DNA of 64,000 nucleotides. Origin: Armatimonadota bacterium (GTDB lineage: Bacteria; Armatimonadota; Fimbriimonadia; Fimbriimonadales; Fimbriimonadaceae). The notes below the pieces were generated by a model. That model ran no database searches and was not told where the DNA came from. It saw nothing but the letters and a program-made list of their open reading frames with translations. Location of the stretch: NCBI GenBank assembly GCA_031400935.1, contig JANNQV010000018.1, positions 62,001 through 126,000 on the forward strand, written 5' to 3'. Shown piece by piece: positions 1 through 9,197 of this stretch (the first letter of the stretch is position 1; every line of letters starts with the position of its first letter). A program made the translations under genes and the position numbers.

Positions 1-1611
1 CTGTAGGCGAATTGGAGAAATTTGCGCAACTTTTAGAACGGTTTGCCCAGGGTTTACCAGAACGCCTGGACTAATCAGCCGTTGAGTGATTACTCCATCA
101 ACCTCAGCTTTTAGCTCGGCATATCCCTCCTGAGCAGCAGCGCTTTGATACCCAGCTCTTGCCTGTGCAACTCCAGCCTGTTCCTTGGCAATGTTGCGTT
201 TTGCAGCTTCGGCAGCGCTTTGTTTGCTCTTGATCATGGCTTCTGCCGCGCGGACGTCTGCCTGCGACTGCAATATCCGCTGCTTGGCTGCTGCGATCAT
301 CGCGACGGACTTTCTAACGCTTGCCTTTGCAGCGGAAACCTTCGACTCAGCTAGCCGCACCATTGAATTGGCCTGCTTCAGTTTTGATTGGGCTTCTGCT
401 GCTTCCGATTCGGCTTGCTGTAGTTCCGATCGGCTCACTGCACCTTGAGCAAAAAGTTGTTGCGCCCGCTTGAGTTCATCGGTTCGGAAACGGGAATTCT
501 CCGTTGCCGCTACTACCTCGGACCTGGCGGCTTCCAATTCGTTTTGCGTCGCCAAGACTTCGGATTCCATGACCTCTTTGTCCTGGAGTGCGGCTGCATG
601 CATCGCTAGGGCCTCATCCACGATGCCTCGTTTTGCCGCAGCTTCCGCGCGACCTTGGACAATTTCTTGTAGAGCAGTTTGGTACTCACTCGCGGCGACT
701 CCGACGCCTTGTGCCGCCATGTTGGTCATCGCTGCCTTTTCAGCGAGTTGTGGATTCAATTGAGAAGTATCAAGCCGCGCCAGCACTTGCCCTTTTTTCA
801 CCTTGTCGCCAACATAGTAGGGCATCCAGATGATGACCCCCGTTCCTCGCGGAATCACATCTTGCTCGACGAAACCAACGGCTTGTCCGGTGTAAGTAAC
901 CGTTTCAGAAAGCAGTCCGCGAGTTGCTGTCGCAAGTTCCACTGCGGTGCTTCCCGGAGGCGCAGGGGTGTTCATTTCCATTACTTGCGCTTCAAGAGGC
1001 GTCATCGCACCTTGGCGTCGCCAATTATTGACCGCATAGACTGCAATTGCCAACATCGCCCCTAAAAGGAGAACGCCGCCAAGGGTTCCGCGATTGAAAA
1101 TACTCTTAACATCGAGTTTCTGACCGGACGCCCTCACGCGAACAACGACAAAGATAACTATGGCAAGCAAAACTAGCCACGGAATCAAACTCAAAACCGA
1201 AAAGCCCGCGCCAGATGTTCCACCGGTGTCTTGTCCGGTCTTTAGAGGAATGGAAGCCGTTGCAGCTCCCATATGTCCGCTTATTTTGAGGTCAACCGAG
1301 TAACGGCCTGCCATCGGAAACGCGGCTAGCATCGCGTACACCCCAGGTTCGCCAGGCAAAGAATTGGCTTTAAGCTCTCGCTCGCCCATAAACATGCCCG
1401 GCATTTTGGCAATTGCGCGGACATCTAGCCCCTCCATTCTTTTGCCAGAAGAATCCGAAATTGCAAAGACGAGTTTTGCCTGGCCAACTGGAATTACCTT
1501 AGGCTGAGTTGAGAGCGAAATTCGGTAGGGTCCAGCTTGCGCTTCAACGCTTGCTTGGCAAAGCGCTGATAATAGGGCAAGGAAAATGATGAGTAAGCGG
1601 TGTAGTTTCAT
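1..1611 (-). CDS. RND efflux periplasmic adaptor (membrane fusion protein) with N-terminal YtkA/FixH-like domain; runs off the window
   Basis: Not in ORF track because it has no stop in the window. Hand translation from ATG 1611: MKLHRLLIIFLALLSALCQASVEAQAGPYRISL...MPGMFMGE...PGVY, two TM segments, lipoyl-like VGDKVKKGQVLARLD, long alpha-hairpin, then YAELKAEVDGVITQRLISPGVLVNPGQ. Downstream of tolC. Confidence 0.85.
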   Translation of the reverse strand, partial: MKLHRLLIIFLALLSALCQASVEAQAGPYRISLSTQPKVIPVGQAKLVFAISDSSGKRMEGLDVRAIAKMPGMFMGERELKANSLPGEPGVYAMLAAFPMAGRYSVDLKISGHMGAATASIPLKTGQDTGGTSGAGFSVLSLIPWLVLLAIVIFVVVRVRASGQKLDVKSIFNRGTLGGVLLLGAMLAIAVYAVNNWRRQGAMTPLEAQVMEMNTPAPPGSTAVELATATRGLLSETVTYTGQAVGFVEQDVIPRGTGVIIWMPYYVGDKVKKGQVLARLDTSQLNPQLAEKAAMTNMAAQGVGVAASEYQTALQEIVQGRAEAAAKRGIVDEALAMHAAALQDKEVMESEVLATQNELEAARSEVVAATENSRFRTDELKRAQQLFAQGAVSRSELQQAESEAAEAQSKLKQANSMVRLAESKVSAAKASVRKSVAMIAAAKQRILQSQADVRAAEAMIKSKQSAAEAAKRNIAKEQAGVAQARAGYQSAAAQEGYAELKAEVDGVITQRLISPGVLVNPGQTVLKVAQISPIRLQ

Positions 1612-1614
1612 GAG

Positions 1615-2091
1615 CTATTGCATTACGACGAAGTCATACGTGGCTTCGCCGGGGTGCCCCTCCTGATCCACACTCACCTTCGCCTGCCAATCTCCACCCA
1701 TTGAAAGTTCGGCTTCGCCTTCATACATGCCGTCTTTCGTGAATTTCAAACGCACCTCTGATTCACCCATGTTCATCGAGGGCATCGAAAAGCTCAATTT
1801 CACAGTTGCTCCATCCGTAGGTTCGCCATGATGAAGGAGTTTGACAATGAACTTGGCCTTTCCGACCTTTAAATCGGTTGGCTCGGATGTCAAAGTGACC
1901 GAGAAGTGGTCTCCGACGACTTCGCTGCCCAAGGTGCTGCCTTTTTGAGCTATTGCCGCATCCGAAGTGCCAGAACTTGCTGATGCTTGAGGTGCAGCAG
2001 GAGGAATCTCGTCTGTAACTTTACTGCCACATCCTCCCAGGAAAATAATGGCGCTGACAATGATGAATGTTGAAATTGTTTGGTTTTTCAT
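1615..2091 (-). CDS. YtkA/FixH-like lipoprotein, probable metal (Cu) chaperone
   Basis: Lipobox LGGC; MPSMNMG and GMYEGEAELSMGGDWQ motifs typical of YtkA-like domains. Confidence 0.75.
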   Translation of the reverse strand: MKNQTISTFIIVSAIIFLGGCGSKVTDEIPPAAPQASASSGTSDAAIAQKGSTLGSEVVGDHFSVTLTSEPTDLKVGKAKFIVKLLHHGEPTDGATVKLSFSMPSMNMGESEVRLKFTKDGMYEGEAELSMGGDWQAKVSVDQEGHPGEATYDFVVMQ

Positions 2092-3425
2092 TTCTGATTT
2101 CCTCCAGATTCATTTGAGTCGGCTCTGCCGACGGCTCGATCTAATCTCGCGATGGCGAGCTGTTGTTCATAGTTAGATTTGGCTAGATTCGCCCTAGCCC
2201 TAGTTAAGGTAGCAAGTGCATCAAGCTGCTCTAGCTGGATCGCTTTGCCGCTTTCGACACGGATCGCGACGACGTCGTTTGCTGCCTTTGCTGCCACAAG
2301 TGCCAGTCGTGAAGATTGATAAATTGACTCAGCAGTTTCGATGTCGAGCCAGGCCTGGCGGACTTCTTTCGCGGTTCGAATCTCCATTCGTTCAACATCA
2401 GCCTTGGCTTTTTCCAGCATGGCACGCGACTTAGCAATTTCGGATCGTCGCATCCCTCCGTCAAATACCGGCAAGCTAAGTGCTAATCCGACTGTATAGC
2501 CGGAGTTCCTTCCCTCCATGTCTCGTGGTGAAAACGAATCGCCCATAGCAAATCCATAAATTTGTGGGTGCAGTGCACCCTTTGCAGATGTGAGTTCAGC
2601 TTGTGCGGCGCGTACGCGCTGCCTCATGGCAAGAAGTTCGCCACGATTCTGCTTTGCTGAGCCCAAGTTCGCTTCTAATGTTCCTTCGAATGCTCGAAAT
2701 GCGGGCTCTTCAATCAGGCTTACCCGGGAATCGAGTGCGGCCCCCATTTCGGCAAGAAGATCAAGGATCATCTTTCGGCGATCGTTTTCCGCCATTGTAA
2801 ACTCTTGTTTCGCTTCGGCAAGTTCAGCTTCAGCGCGTCGAACGAATGCCTCAATTCCTTTTCCCGCATCCAATTGGGCTTTGGCAACACCCACCATTGC
2901 TTCGGCGGCTTCCATTCTGGCTCTTTGTGCCTTAACCAATTCCGCTCCATAGAGAGCGCGCAAATACGATTCTCGAACCATCAATGCGACTTCTGCACGC
3001 ATTCCAGAGAGTTCGTCAAAAGCTTCCTTTTCACGCGCTACTGAAGCTGCAACGATGCCAGACAACAACCCGCCGGTGTAGATTGGAGCCATAAGCATGA
3101 GGTTTGCATCAAGGAACTTGCCTTCAGGAGCAAGGATCTGTGCCTGAGGCTCAACCCCCATGGCGGTTTGAAGGATATTTGGCATATTGCTCTTTGTGGC
3201 AAAGCTGTTTAGCGAAAGTTGAGGCCGAGTTTTAGAACGTGCCGCACCAGTTTCTGCTTTTGCAGCATCAAATTCTGCTCTTGCCGCACGGAGCGTGGGA
3301 CTGCTTTTCATAGCAAAAGAAACTGCCTCGGCAAGAGAGAGCTTTTCGGGGACTGCGACTTGCGAGAACCCATTGACCGAGATGACAAAAAAGAGCAACA
3401 TAGAAAACGAGTGTCGAATTCTCAT
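2088..3425 (-). CDS. TolC-family outer membrane efflux protein
   Basis: Signal peptide, LSLAEAV start, repeated OEP helices, LSLPVFDGG; 445 aa. Confidence 0.9.
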   Translation of the reverse strand: MRIRHSFSMLLFFVISVNGFSQVAVPEKLSLAEAVSFAMKSSPTLRAARAEFDAAKAETGAARSKTRPQLSLNSFATKSNMPNILQTAMGVEPQAQILAPEGKFLDANLMLMAPIYTGGLLSGIVAASVAREKEAFDELSGMRAEVALMVRESYLRALYGAELVKAQRARMEAAEAMVGVAKAQLDAGKGIEAFVRRAEAELAEAKQEFTMAENDRRKMILDLLAEMGAALDSRVSLIEEPAFRAFEGTLEANLGSAKQNRGELLAMRQRVRAAQAELTSAKGALHPQIYGFAMGDSFSPRDMEGRNSGYTVGLALSLPVFDGGMRRSEIAKSRAMLEKAKADVERMEIRTAKEVRQAWLDIETAESIYQSSRLALVAAKAANDVVAIRVESGKAIQLEQLDALATLTRARANLAKSNYEQQLAIARLDRAVGRADSNESGGNQK

Positions 3426-3952
3426 CGCTTTGCCTCCTTTTCAGTTTGTATTGTTGATTCTAATAATGCTTGTTGGTCCCTAGTCAAAATGGCTATTGCT
3501 GAGGTCCAAGACTTGTTTCGACTGTCGTTGTAAGTTCTCGAAAGCTCTGAATATCCGCTCAAGTTGACGTTTATTGTTGCCAACGAAATCTTCGTCGGGC
3601 TTCGTTCTCCAACTGCCGAAGCTGCAACAGCCATCTGCGATTCTAGTTTCGCCTTTTCCTTAAGCCAATCATTTGCAATCACTTCAATCACCTCATGCTG
3701 CTTCTTGGTGAGGTTGAGTCTTTTCGATTGAGCAATTAGGAATTGCGGTTCGGGTTTCCACAAAGGCGCCATTGTAGCGACAACAGGCGTCGAACGCTCG
3801 ATCTGCTGTAACTGGCCCGACTTGTCGGGTTCAAAATAGAGCCTGTCAGGTGTTCTTGGTTTGCTGAGAAAGCTATAAGCTGCAATGAATGTGATGCCGA
3901 TTAGCATCACCTTTGTTCCCAAACCTATGGGTTTTGATTTGTTTCTGTTCAA
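3422..3952 (-). CDS. Membrane-anchored Spy/CpxP/ZraP-like periplasmic protein
   Basis: Two LTxxQ motifs (LNLTKKQ, ILTRDQ) and an N-terminal TM. Start moved to TTG 3952, which has a GGAGA RBS (track start 3997). Confidence 0.55.
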   Translation of the reverse strand: MNRNKSKPIGLGTKVMLIGITFIAAYSFLSKPRTPDRLYFEPDKSGQLQQIERSTPVVATMAPLWKPEPQFLIAQSKRLNLTKKQHEVIEVIANDWLKEKAKLESQMAVAASAVGERSPTKISLATINVNLSGYSELSRTYNDSRNKSWTSAIAILTRDQQALLESTIQTEKEAKR

Positions 3953-4048
3953 CTGATGTCTCCAAGTGGATATGCGGGTGGCACGAGCCAGGAGCACTTG
4001 GATTTAGAACAGTTCGATCTGAATCTAGACGCAATGCCCCCTGGCGTT

Positions 4049-4082
4049 AAAAAACGCAATAGGCAAATTTGAGCCTATTGCG
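4049..4082 (-). terminator. Rho-independent terminator immediately after the RAPP leader ORF
   Basis: Minus strand CGCAATAGGC-TCAAATTT-GCCTATTGCG-TTTTTT: perfect 10-bp stem plus U6, starting 2 nt after the stop codon. Confidence 0.75.
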
Positions 4083-4084
4083 AC

Positions 4085-4534
4085 TCAAACTCTTGGAGGA
4101 GCGCGTCCGAAATCCGGATGATAGGAAACAATGGGAGGCGAACTATCTCCCGAAAAGTGAATCTGGAATGCCACAATTGGCATTGGGCTAACAAGTAGTT
4201 CTATGGCTTCGGGCAGATCAAAAACAGTAATAGGCGAGGCCGAAGGCGTAATAGCTTCGGTGCTCAGAGTGCCCTGAGGAGCCGATCTAATCGCGCATTT
4301 GCATTCGCTTGACTGAGCCTTTGTCGAGACTGGCGAACTTTTGCTCTTTGAACCCGCACAACATCCGTGCGAATCTACTTTTGCAGGCTCCTTCTTAGCG
4401 TGCATTGAGCAACTTCCACCGCATCGGCTTGTGGAACATCCTTCAGGTCCAAATGCGCTCGCAAACGTCCCCAACATTACAATGAATGCAAAGACTAACC
4501 GCAACCCTATGGATTCGCGCACGATCTTCCTCAA
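4085..4534 (-). CDS. Exported Cys/His-rich protein with C-terminal RAPP motif (DUF2946/CutF/CruR-like leader)
   Basis: Signal peptide; GCSTSRCGGSCSMH, HGCC and CKC; ends HPDFGRAPPRV; first gene upstream of the efflux cluster. Confidence 0.7.
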   Translation of the reverse strand: MRKIVRESIGLRLVFAFIVMLGTFASAFGPEGCSTSRCGGSCSMHAKKEPAKVDSHGCCAGSKSKSSPVSTKAQSSECKCAIRSAPQGTLSTEAITPSASPITVFDLPEAIELLVSPMPIVAFQIHFSGDSSPPIVSYHPDFGRAPPRV

Positions 4535-4725
4535 TATGTTATATGATAACTCAAATGTGATTCTAAGCGTTCCGCAAAGTCCTTTCGAACATTTTCAAAG
4601 AAATAGAGCCTCTTTAGTTATCCAAAGCCGACAGTCATCTTCCGGCACATCGCATTGCCATCATTGGCATAATTGAGTTCGAACCGGGTCGCTTTCAGAA
4701 GTTGCTCAAAACTCGTGAACGCGCA

Positions 4726-4848
4726 TCAAATGTTTTCAATCGTCTTTGGCGTGCATCCCGCCGCCTCTTGTGAAATGAGATAGGCCTGTCGCAAGTATGC
4801 GATGTCAAATGCGGGTGAAACATCGATAGAAAGAATGTCTAGCTTCAT
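4726..4848 (-). pseudogene. Possible N-terminal remnant of a tyrosine integrase
   Basis: GAGGA RBS plus 40-aa ORF MKLDILSIDVSPAFDIAYLRQAYLISQEAAGCTPKTIENI*, resembling the integrase core-binding helix motif. Lies about 70 bp from the tRNA-Val 3' end. Confidence 0.4.
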
Positions 4849-4920
4849 TTTTCAGTCCTCTTTAGTAAGATTTTGAGGCTGAAATCCCTTGTCGATCTAG
4901 GTTCAATTGAATCTAGGTTC

Positions 4921-4996
4921 TGGTGGGCGATGAGGGGCTCGAACCCCCGACATCCTCGGTGTAAACGAGGCGCTCTACCAACTGAGCTAATCGCCC
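4921..4996 (-). tRNA. tRNA-Val(TAC)
   Basis: GGGCGATTAGCTCAGTTGGTAGAGCG...CCTCG-TTTACAC-CGAGG...GGTTCGAG...ATCGCCCACCA; cloverleaf with encoded CCA. Confidence 0.97.
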
Positions 4997-5095
4997 GGAA
5001 CGATTCAGGAATTATACTCGGTTCGGGATTGGCTGTTGGTTTTTTGTTGTTAGTTGTCGGTTGTCCGCAGGTTGTCAATAGGGGATTATTGATAA

Positions 5096-5198
5096 GTGAT
5101 CCTGCAAGGATCAAAGCCTGATAGCCCGGAGTCGAACTTGAGGCGCTCCGGGTTCACAGATTGACATACCCAGCATCCCCTAGGTGGTGCCAGAATCC
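5096..5198. repeat. Three-hairpin REP-like element, family A copy 1
   Basis: Aligns with 62395-62497 (GTGA..CC..AGG..TCAAAGCCT.ATAGCCCGGAG.CGAA...CTCCGGGTTCA...GGTGC.AGAATCC). Confidence 0.75.
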
Positions 5199-5341
5199 AA
5201 AATTTGAGTTTATCAAAAGTCCCCTAGGTGGTCGGCAGCGACAACAGCGATTTGTAAAGAATTGCACCTATTTCAAACAAAACTCCGAAAAAACTTGCTT
5301 TTCCCGACAATTTTGCTTGTACAATGGCAATTACTCTTCTA

Positions 5342-7039
5342 ATGAAAACCTGGATATTCGCTCTAGCACCATGGATGGTCGTGACGAATGCTCTGGCTCA
5401 GGCGGACGTTCCTCGTCCTGCTGAACTTGCATTTACACACCTTGGTAAGATTTCGACGCCTGCTTGGCAGATCGGGTCAGATTGTTTTGTCCCAGTATCT
5501 TCGCTTCGGAAACTGGGTTGGAAAGCAAAGCAAAACAAATACGATGTTACGATTACATCTGATTCAAGGTCAGTTACGATTCCCTTTCGAACCCAAGGCG
5601 GTCATCCTTCGGTAAACATTGGATTGGCGGCAAAGAAATTTGGTGCTGGCGGAGATTGGATTCCTGGTAGCGGAGTCTTTCAGGTTTATGGGTTTGTCCG
5701 ATCCGCCACAATCCGTGACGGGCTTCTTTCAATCGAGGCAACACTTGCCCTGAAACCGCAGATCAGCTTCTTAACTGAACCTTCAAGAGTTGTTCTCGAT
5801 TTTGAGGGAATGAGACTCGATTCTAAATTGAAATCGAACCTAGTTTCAAATGCTCGTGTCGGACAATTCCTACCTAATGTGGTTCGAATTGCCATAGAAA
5901 CTGACCGCCGTCCTTCAATCCCTGCAAGTCAGGTAAGGGCTTCACGAGTTTTTGAACTGAACTATGAAATCGAACCTGCTCCGCCGAGCGAAGGCAACGA
6001 ACTCAATATTCCAATAACTCCGCCTGTCAGCACTCCGCCTGGCATTGCACAAAACAACGATTTTGGAAGCATTTCGGGAACGGCAACTGGGCAGATTGGT
6101 ACGGATTCACCCGTTACAAATCCTTTGCCAATGGCGCAACTAAGTGCTCCTGAACTGGTATTGGATGACGAAAAGCAAACGGTTATTCGATTCAAACCGA
6201 ATTTGCCGTTAATGTCTTCTCCTCAGATTCGGAGAGTAGCCTCGGATACTTTGGAACTCGTCTTGCCTGGAGTTCAATACATTGGCGAATTGGAGCCAAC
6301 TATCGAGTCTGACTCGATAGTTGCCGTTCGCGTTGCACAAGGCCCAGCAAGCGCGACGTTTACAATTGTTTGCAAACGTCCGATGGGCGCACAGATTTCG
6401 GGAGACAAGACGCAGATAAAGCTCATTCTGATAGCGCCAAGAGTCGGCGATGGAAAGCTTTCATCCAAAACAATTGTAGTGGACGCAGGGCACGGAGGCC
6501 ATGACGGGGGGGCGCAAGCACCCGACAAGAGTGCCCAAGAAAAGAACATGGCATTGGCGATTTCTTTAAGACTTGCAAACGAACTGACTCAGGAAGGAGC
6601 AACGGTGATCCTCACACGTTCTACAGATGTTTTCATTCCGCTAAAAGAGCGTCCTGCAATAGCAAATCGCTCAAGTGCTGATTTTTTTGTAAGCATACAT
6701 ATCAATTCGAGCAAATCTGGCAAGCCAGTGGGTGGCATGACTTTCTATCACATGCAAGACCCTATCAGCCAATTACTGGGGGAGTGTATTCAAAGTGAAA
6801 TTGCAAAAGTAAGCAAGCTCCAGAATCTTGGCGTTTGGAGCGATTCGAGGCTGTATGACACAGGTTTAGCAGTTCTTCGATATGCAGAAATGCCTGCGGT
6901 TTTGGTTGAAATGGGTTTCATCAATCAAACTGGCGATAGACTCCGAATGCTTCAGCCAGAATTTCGAGAATCGGTAGCAAAGGCAATTGTCAGCGGACTT
7001 AAATCGTACTTAGGAGACACTAATGAAAAAGGCAGGTAG
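5342..7039 (+). CDS. N-acetylmuramoyl-L-alanine amidase (Amidase_3) with AMIN-like domains
   Basis: VDAGHGGHD, EK, SIHINS and VLVEMGF zinc motifs; PSRVVLDF AMIN-like motif; signal peptide from MKTW (track start 5324). Confidence 0.9.
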   Translation: MKTWIFALAPWMVVTNALAQADVPRPAELAFTHLGKISTPAWQIGSDCFVPVSSLRKLGWKAKQNKYDVTITSDSRSVTIPFRTQGGHPSVNIGLAAKKFGAGGDWIPGSGVFQVYGFVRSATIRDGLLSIEATLALKPQISFLTEPSRVVLDFEGMRLDSKLKSNLVSNARVGQFLPNVVRIAIETDRRPSIPASQVRASRVFELNYEIEPAPPSEGNELNIPITPPVSTPPGIAQNNDFGSISGTATGQIGTDSPVTNPLPMAQLSAPELVLDDEKQTVIRFKPNLPLMSSPQIRRVASDTLELVLPGVQYIGELEPTIESDSIVAVRVAQGPASATFTIVCKRPMGAQISGDKTQIKLILIAPRVGDGKLSSKTIVVDAGHGGHDGGAQAPDKSAQEKNMALAISLRLANELTQEGATVILTRSTDVFIPLKERPAIANRSSADFFVSIHINSSKSGKPVGGMTFYHMQDPISQLLGECIQSEIAKVSKLQNLGVWSDSRLYDTGLAVLRYAEMPAVLVEMGFINQTGDRLRMLQPEFRESVAKAIVSGLKSYLGDTNEKGR

Positions 7040-7604
7040 CGCGAATCGAATCGGATTGTTAGCTTTGATATTGATCTGTCTTGCAGGAGTTGGCGGACTT
7101 GCTGCATATGTCAAATTTGCTCCTTCTACAATCGCTCCCGAAGAAAGAATTGATGCGGGTCAACATCGAAGAGGGACGGTCAAAGTTCCTGTGCCGATAG
7201 TTGACGAAAGTGCCAATCTAGAGCTTGGAAATCGTGACGAAAATGTTGGCAAAGGCGAATCATCATACTTGACCGCTGTCAATGGATTCTTAGCTACTCA
7301 AGATTCCAAAACATCGCTCAAAGCAGATAGCATCGAACTTGACAACAAGGTTGCAAGAGTCCATTTTCGAAAGGGATTCAGTACAGATTTTGGCTCAAGG
7401 GATGAAGCCACAGTATTGCTTGGACTTCGCGCAGCCTTAGGCCAATTCGCTGAGATTGAATCTGTAGAGATCTTTGTGGAAGGGCAAAAGATTGATGAGC
7501 TAGGCCATATATCTCTAGACATTCCAATGCCTGTCATTCGGCCCGAGAATTGGAAGAACCCGACGAAGAACGGTACAGGGCAAGACCCACAAGTCCAACG
7601 CTAG
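7023..7604 (+). CDS. GerMN domain protein
   Basis: N-terminal TM; GSRDE...LGQFAEIESVEIFVEG GerMN signature; usual amidase partner. Confidence 0.75.
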   Translation: MKKAGSANRIGLLALILICLAGVGGLAAYVKFAPSTIAPEERIDAGQHRRGTVKVPVPIVDESANLELGNRDENVGKGESSYLTAVNGFLATQDSKTSLKADSIELDNKVARVHFRKGFSTDFGSRDEATVLLGLRAALGQFAEIESVEIFVEGQKIDELGHISLDIPMPVIRPENWKNPTKNGTGQDPQVQR

Positions 7605-8229
7605 CCAACGTCCAAAGGGTCGCATAAACTAGTGGCGGGAGCGGAAATTCTCGACTCGCGATCAGTGCGTCGTTTTCAATTCCAGGTACAGCATTGATCT
7701 TCATCAGCACGAACACGGATTGGAGAGAATGAAGGCATTGCTGGAGTCCGAGGAACTGGACTGCAAAAATAAGCCCGTCGCCCTTCAATGATCGGCTTGC
7801 CATAAACAGTGCACCGATCCAAAAAACACTTGCAGACAACCCCACTATGTCTCCGCGAATCCAAACTGCAAGCCCAAACGCTATTACAATTCCCAAGGCA
7901 ATCAGCATTTTTCTGGATGCATTTGCAGATTTCCCAGATAAAATCAGCCCAGCGCCAAAAAACGAAGCACCCAAATAGCCGGCTGACGCAATAATCAAAT
8001 GAATGCCACCGCTCGAAGTTGTAACGCCGTTTCCAGCCGCGAAAACTCCAATTTTGTGCGCCATTCCCCCAGTTAAAAGTGCCGCAAAGGCATGGCAAAG
8101 TTCATGAACAATCGTGTTCAGATACATAAGCGGCAGAGTCAAATAATGCCCGCCTGGAATCATCCATAGCACCACCGTTGCTAGTGAGGCGTACAGTAGC
8201 ATTCTGCTAGACGACTTCTGGATTTTCAT
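7534..8229 (-). CDS. M50B family membrane metallopeptidase
   Basis: HELCH zinc motif, SAGY, ND; multiple TM. Confidence 0.85.
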   Translation of the reverse strand: MKIQKSSSRMLLYASLATVVLWMIPGGHYLTLPLMYLNTIVHELCHAFAALLTGGMAHKIGVFAAGNGVTTSSGGIHLIIASAGYLGASFFGAGLILSGKSANASRKMLIALGIVIAFGLAVWIRGDIVGLSASVFWIGALFMASRSLKGDGLIFAVQFLGLQQCLHSLQSVFVLMKINAVPGIENDALIASREFPLPPLVYATLWTLASVGLVGLALYRSSSGSSNSRAE

Positions 8230-8779
8230 CTGCTAACTCTTTTCGTTTTGGATTGAAACGGTTCTCGATCCATCTGTGTGAGAATACGACCAAGGTGCCG
8301 ACGAGGATGCCAACTGTCCACCCCAGCAGGACTTGTGCCGGATAATGAACACCCACGTAGATTCGGGAAAGGCCTGTAAAAAAAGCAATTCCAGCCCAAA
8401 TGTAGCCATAAGGACGAACAAAGAAGCACATCACGGTTGCAAGTGCCGCCATATTCGCGGCATGGGACGAAGCCGTTCCGAAACTAGTCAATTTGTTCAC
8501 TCGAATGATGACATCGCTGAGTTCAACGCACGGCCTTGGGTCCATGAAAATGGCTTTCAACGAATCGCAAATCTCATTTGCAATTGGAACGGCTAGCAGG
8601 CTCAGGAGGATTGCCTTTCGGCCATTTTGCTTGCCAAATGCAATCATTCCAACGATGATTCCAAGCAGAAGAATTCGAACCAACCACCACTTGTTCCCTT
8701 CGCTCAGAAGCTGGAACAGCGGATTCAGTGTATCCGGCCATTCGTTGATGGCTCGGAATAGGGGTTCGTCAAAGCGCAC
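8207..8779 (-). CDS. PAP2 family phosphatase
   Basis: K..F..PRP, SSHA and SRIYVGVHYP motifs. Confidence 0.9.
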   Translation of the reverse strand: MRFDEPLFRAINEWPDTLNPLFQLLSEGNKWWLVRILLLGIIVGMIAFGKQNGRKAILLSLLAVPIANEICDSLKAIFMDPRPCVELSDVIIRVNKLTSFGTASSHAANMAALATVMCFFVRPYGYIWAGIAFFTGLSRIYVGVHYPAQVLLGWTVGILVGTLVVFSHRWIENRFNPKRKELADENPEVV

Positions 8780-8890
8780 GGTTTATTTTGGCTTGAATGG
8801 GCCGGGTCTGTTCGGACTTGATTCCTGTTATTCAGTCCAATCACGAACCAAAACTGTATAGTTACAACTAAATCCATCGTCAATATCAAC

Positions 8891-9193
8891 ATGCCGTTTG
8901 CCCGCCCGCTTGCACGACTTCTTTGGTTCGCCATGCTTTGGTTTATGAGGCGCCCTTGGGTTAAGGCTGCTCGGCGAAACATTCCAAATTTTGTGCCTCC
9001 AGCCAAACGAGAAAAGGTTTGGAACCGGATCAAAACCCAAGACGCTTGGGCGATGAAGCACGGACTGTTCATTCTTACAATCATAATGAATCTAGTGATA
9101 GGCTATGTCTTCATGGTTGCCACATATCTCGCAATTTTGAAATGGCAAGAGCTTCATCCTGGACCGATTTTTAGCACGAACCAGGTACCTTGA
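8891..9193 (+). CDS. Hypothetical membrane protein
   Basis: 100-aa ORF with a TM segment directly upstream of trmD. Confidence 0.55.
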   Translation: MPFARPLARLLWFAMLWFMRRPWVKAARRNIPNFVPPAKREKVWNRIKTQDAWAMKHGLFILTIIMNLVIGYVFMVATYLAILKWQELHPGPIFSTNQVP

Positions 9194-9197
9194 AACC

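Noticed and set aside
145..1065. Plus-strand Ala/Ser/Cys-rich ORFs
   Set aside because: Antisense shadows of the minus-strand adaptor gene's coiled coil.
4845..5121. ORFs overlapping tRNA-Val (and 14480-14770 over tRNA-Ile2)
   Set aside because: They overlap tRNAs and repeats and show no protein motifs.
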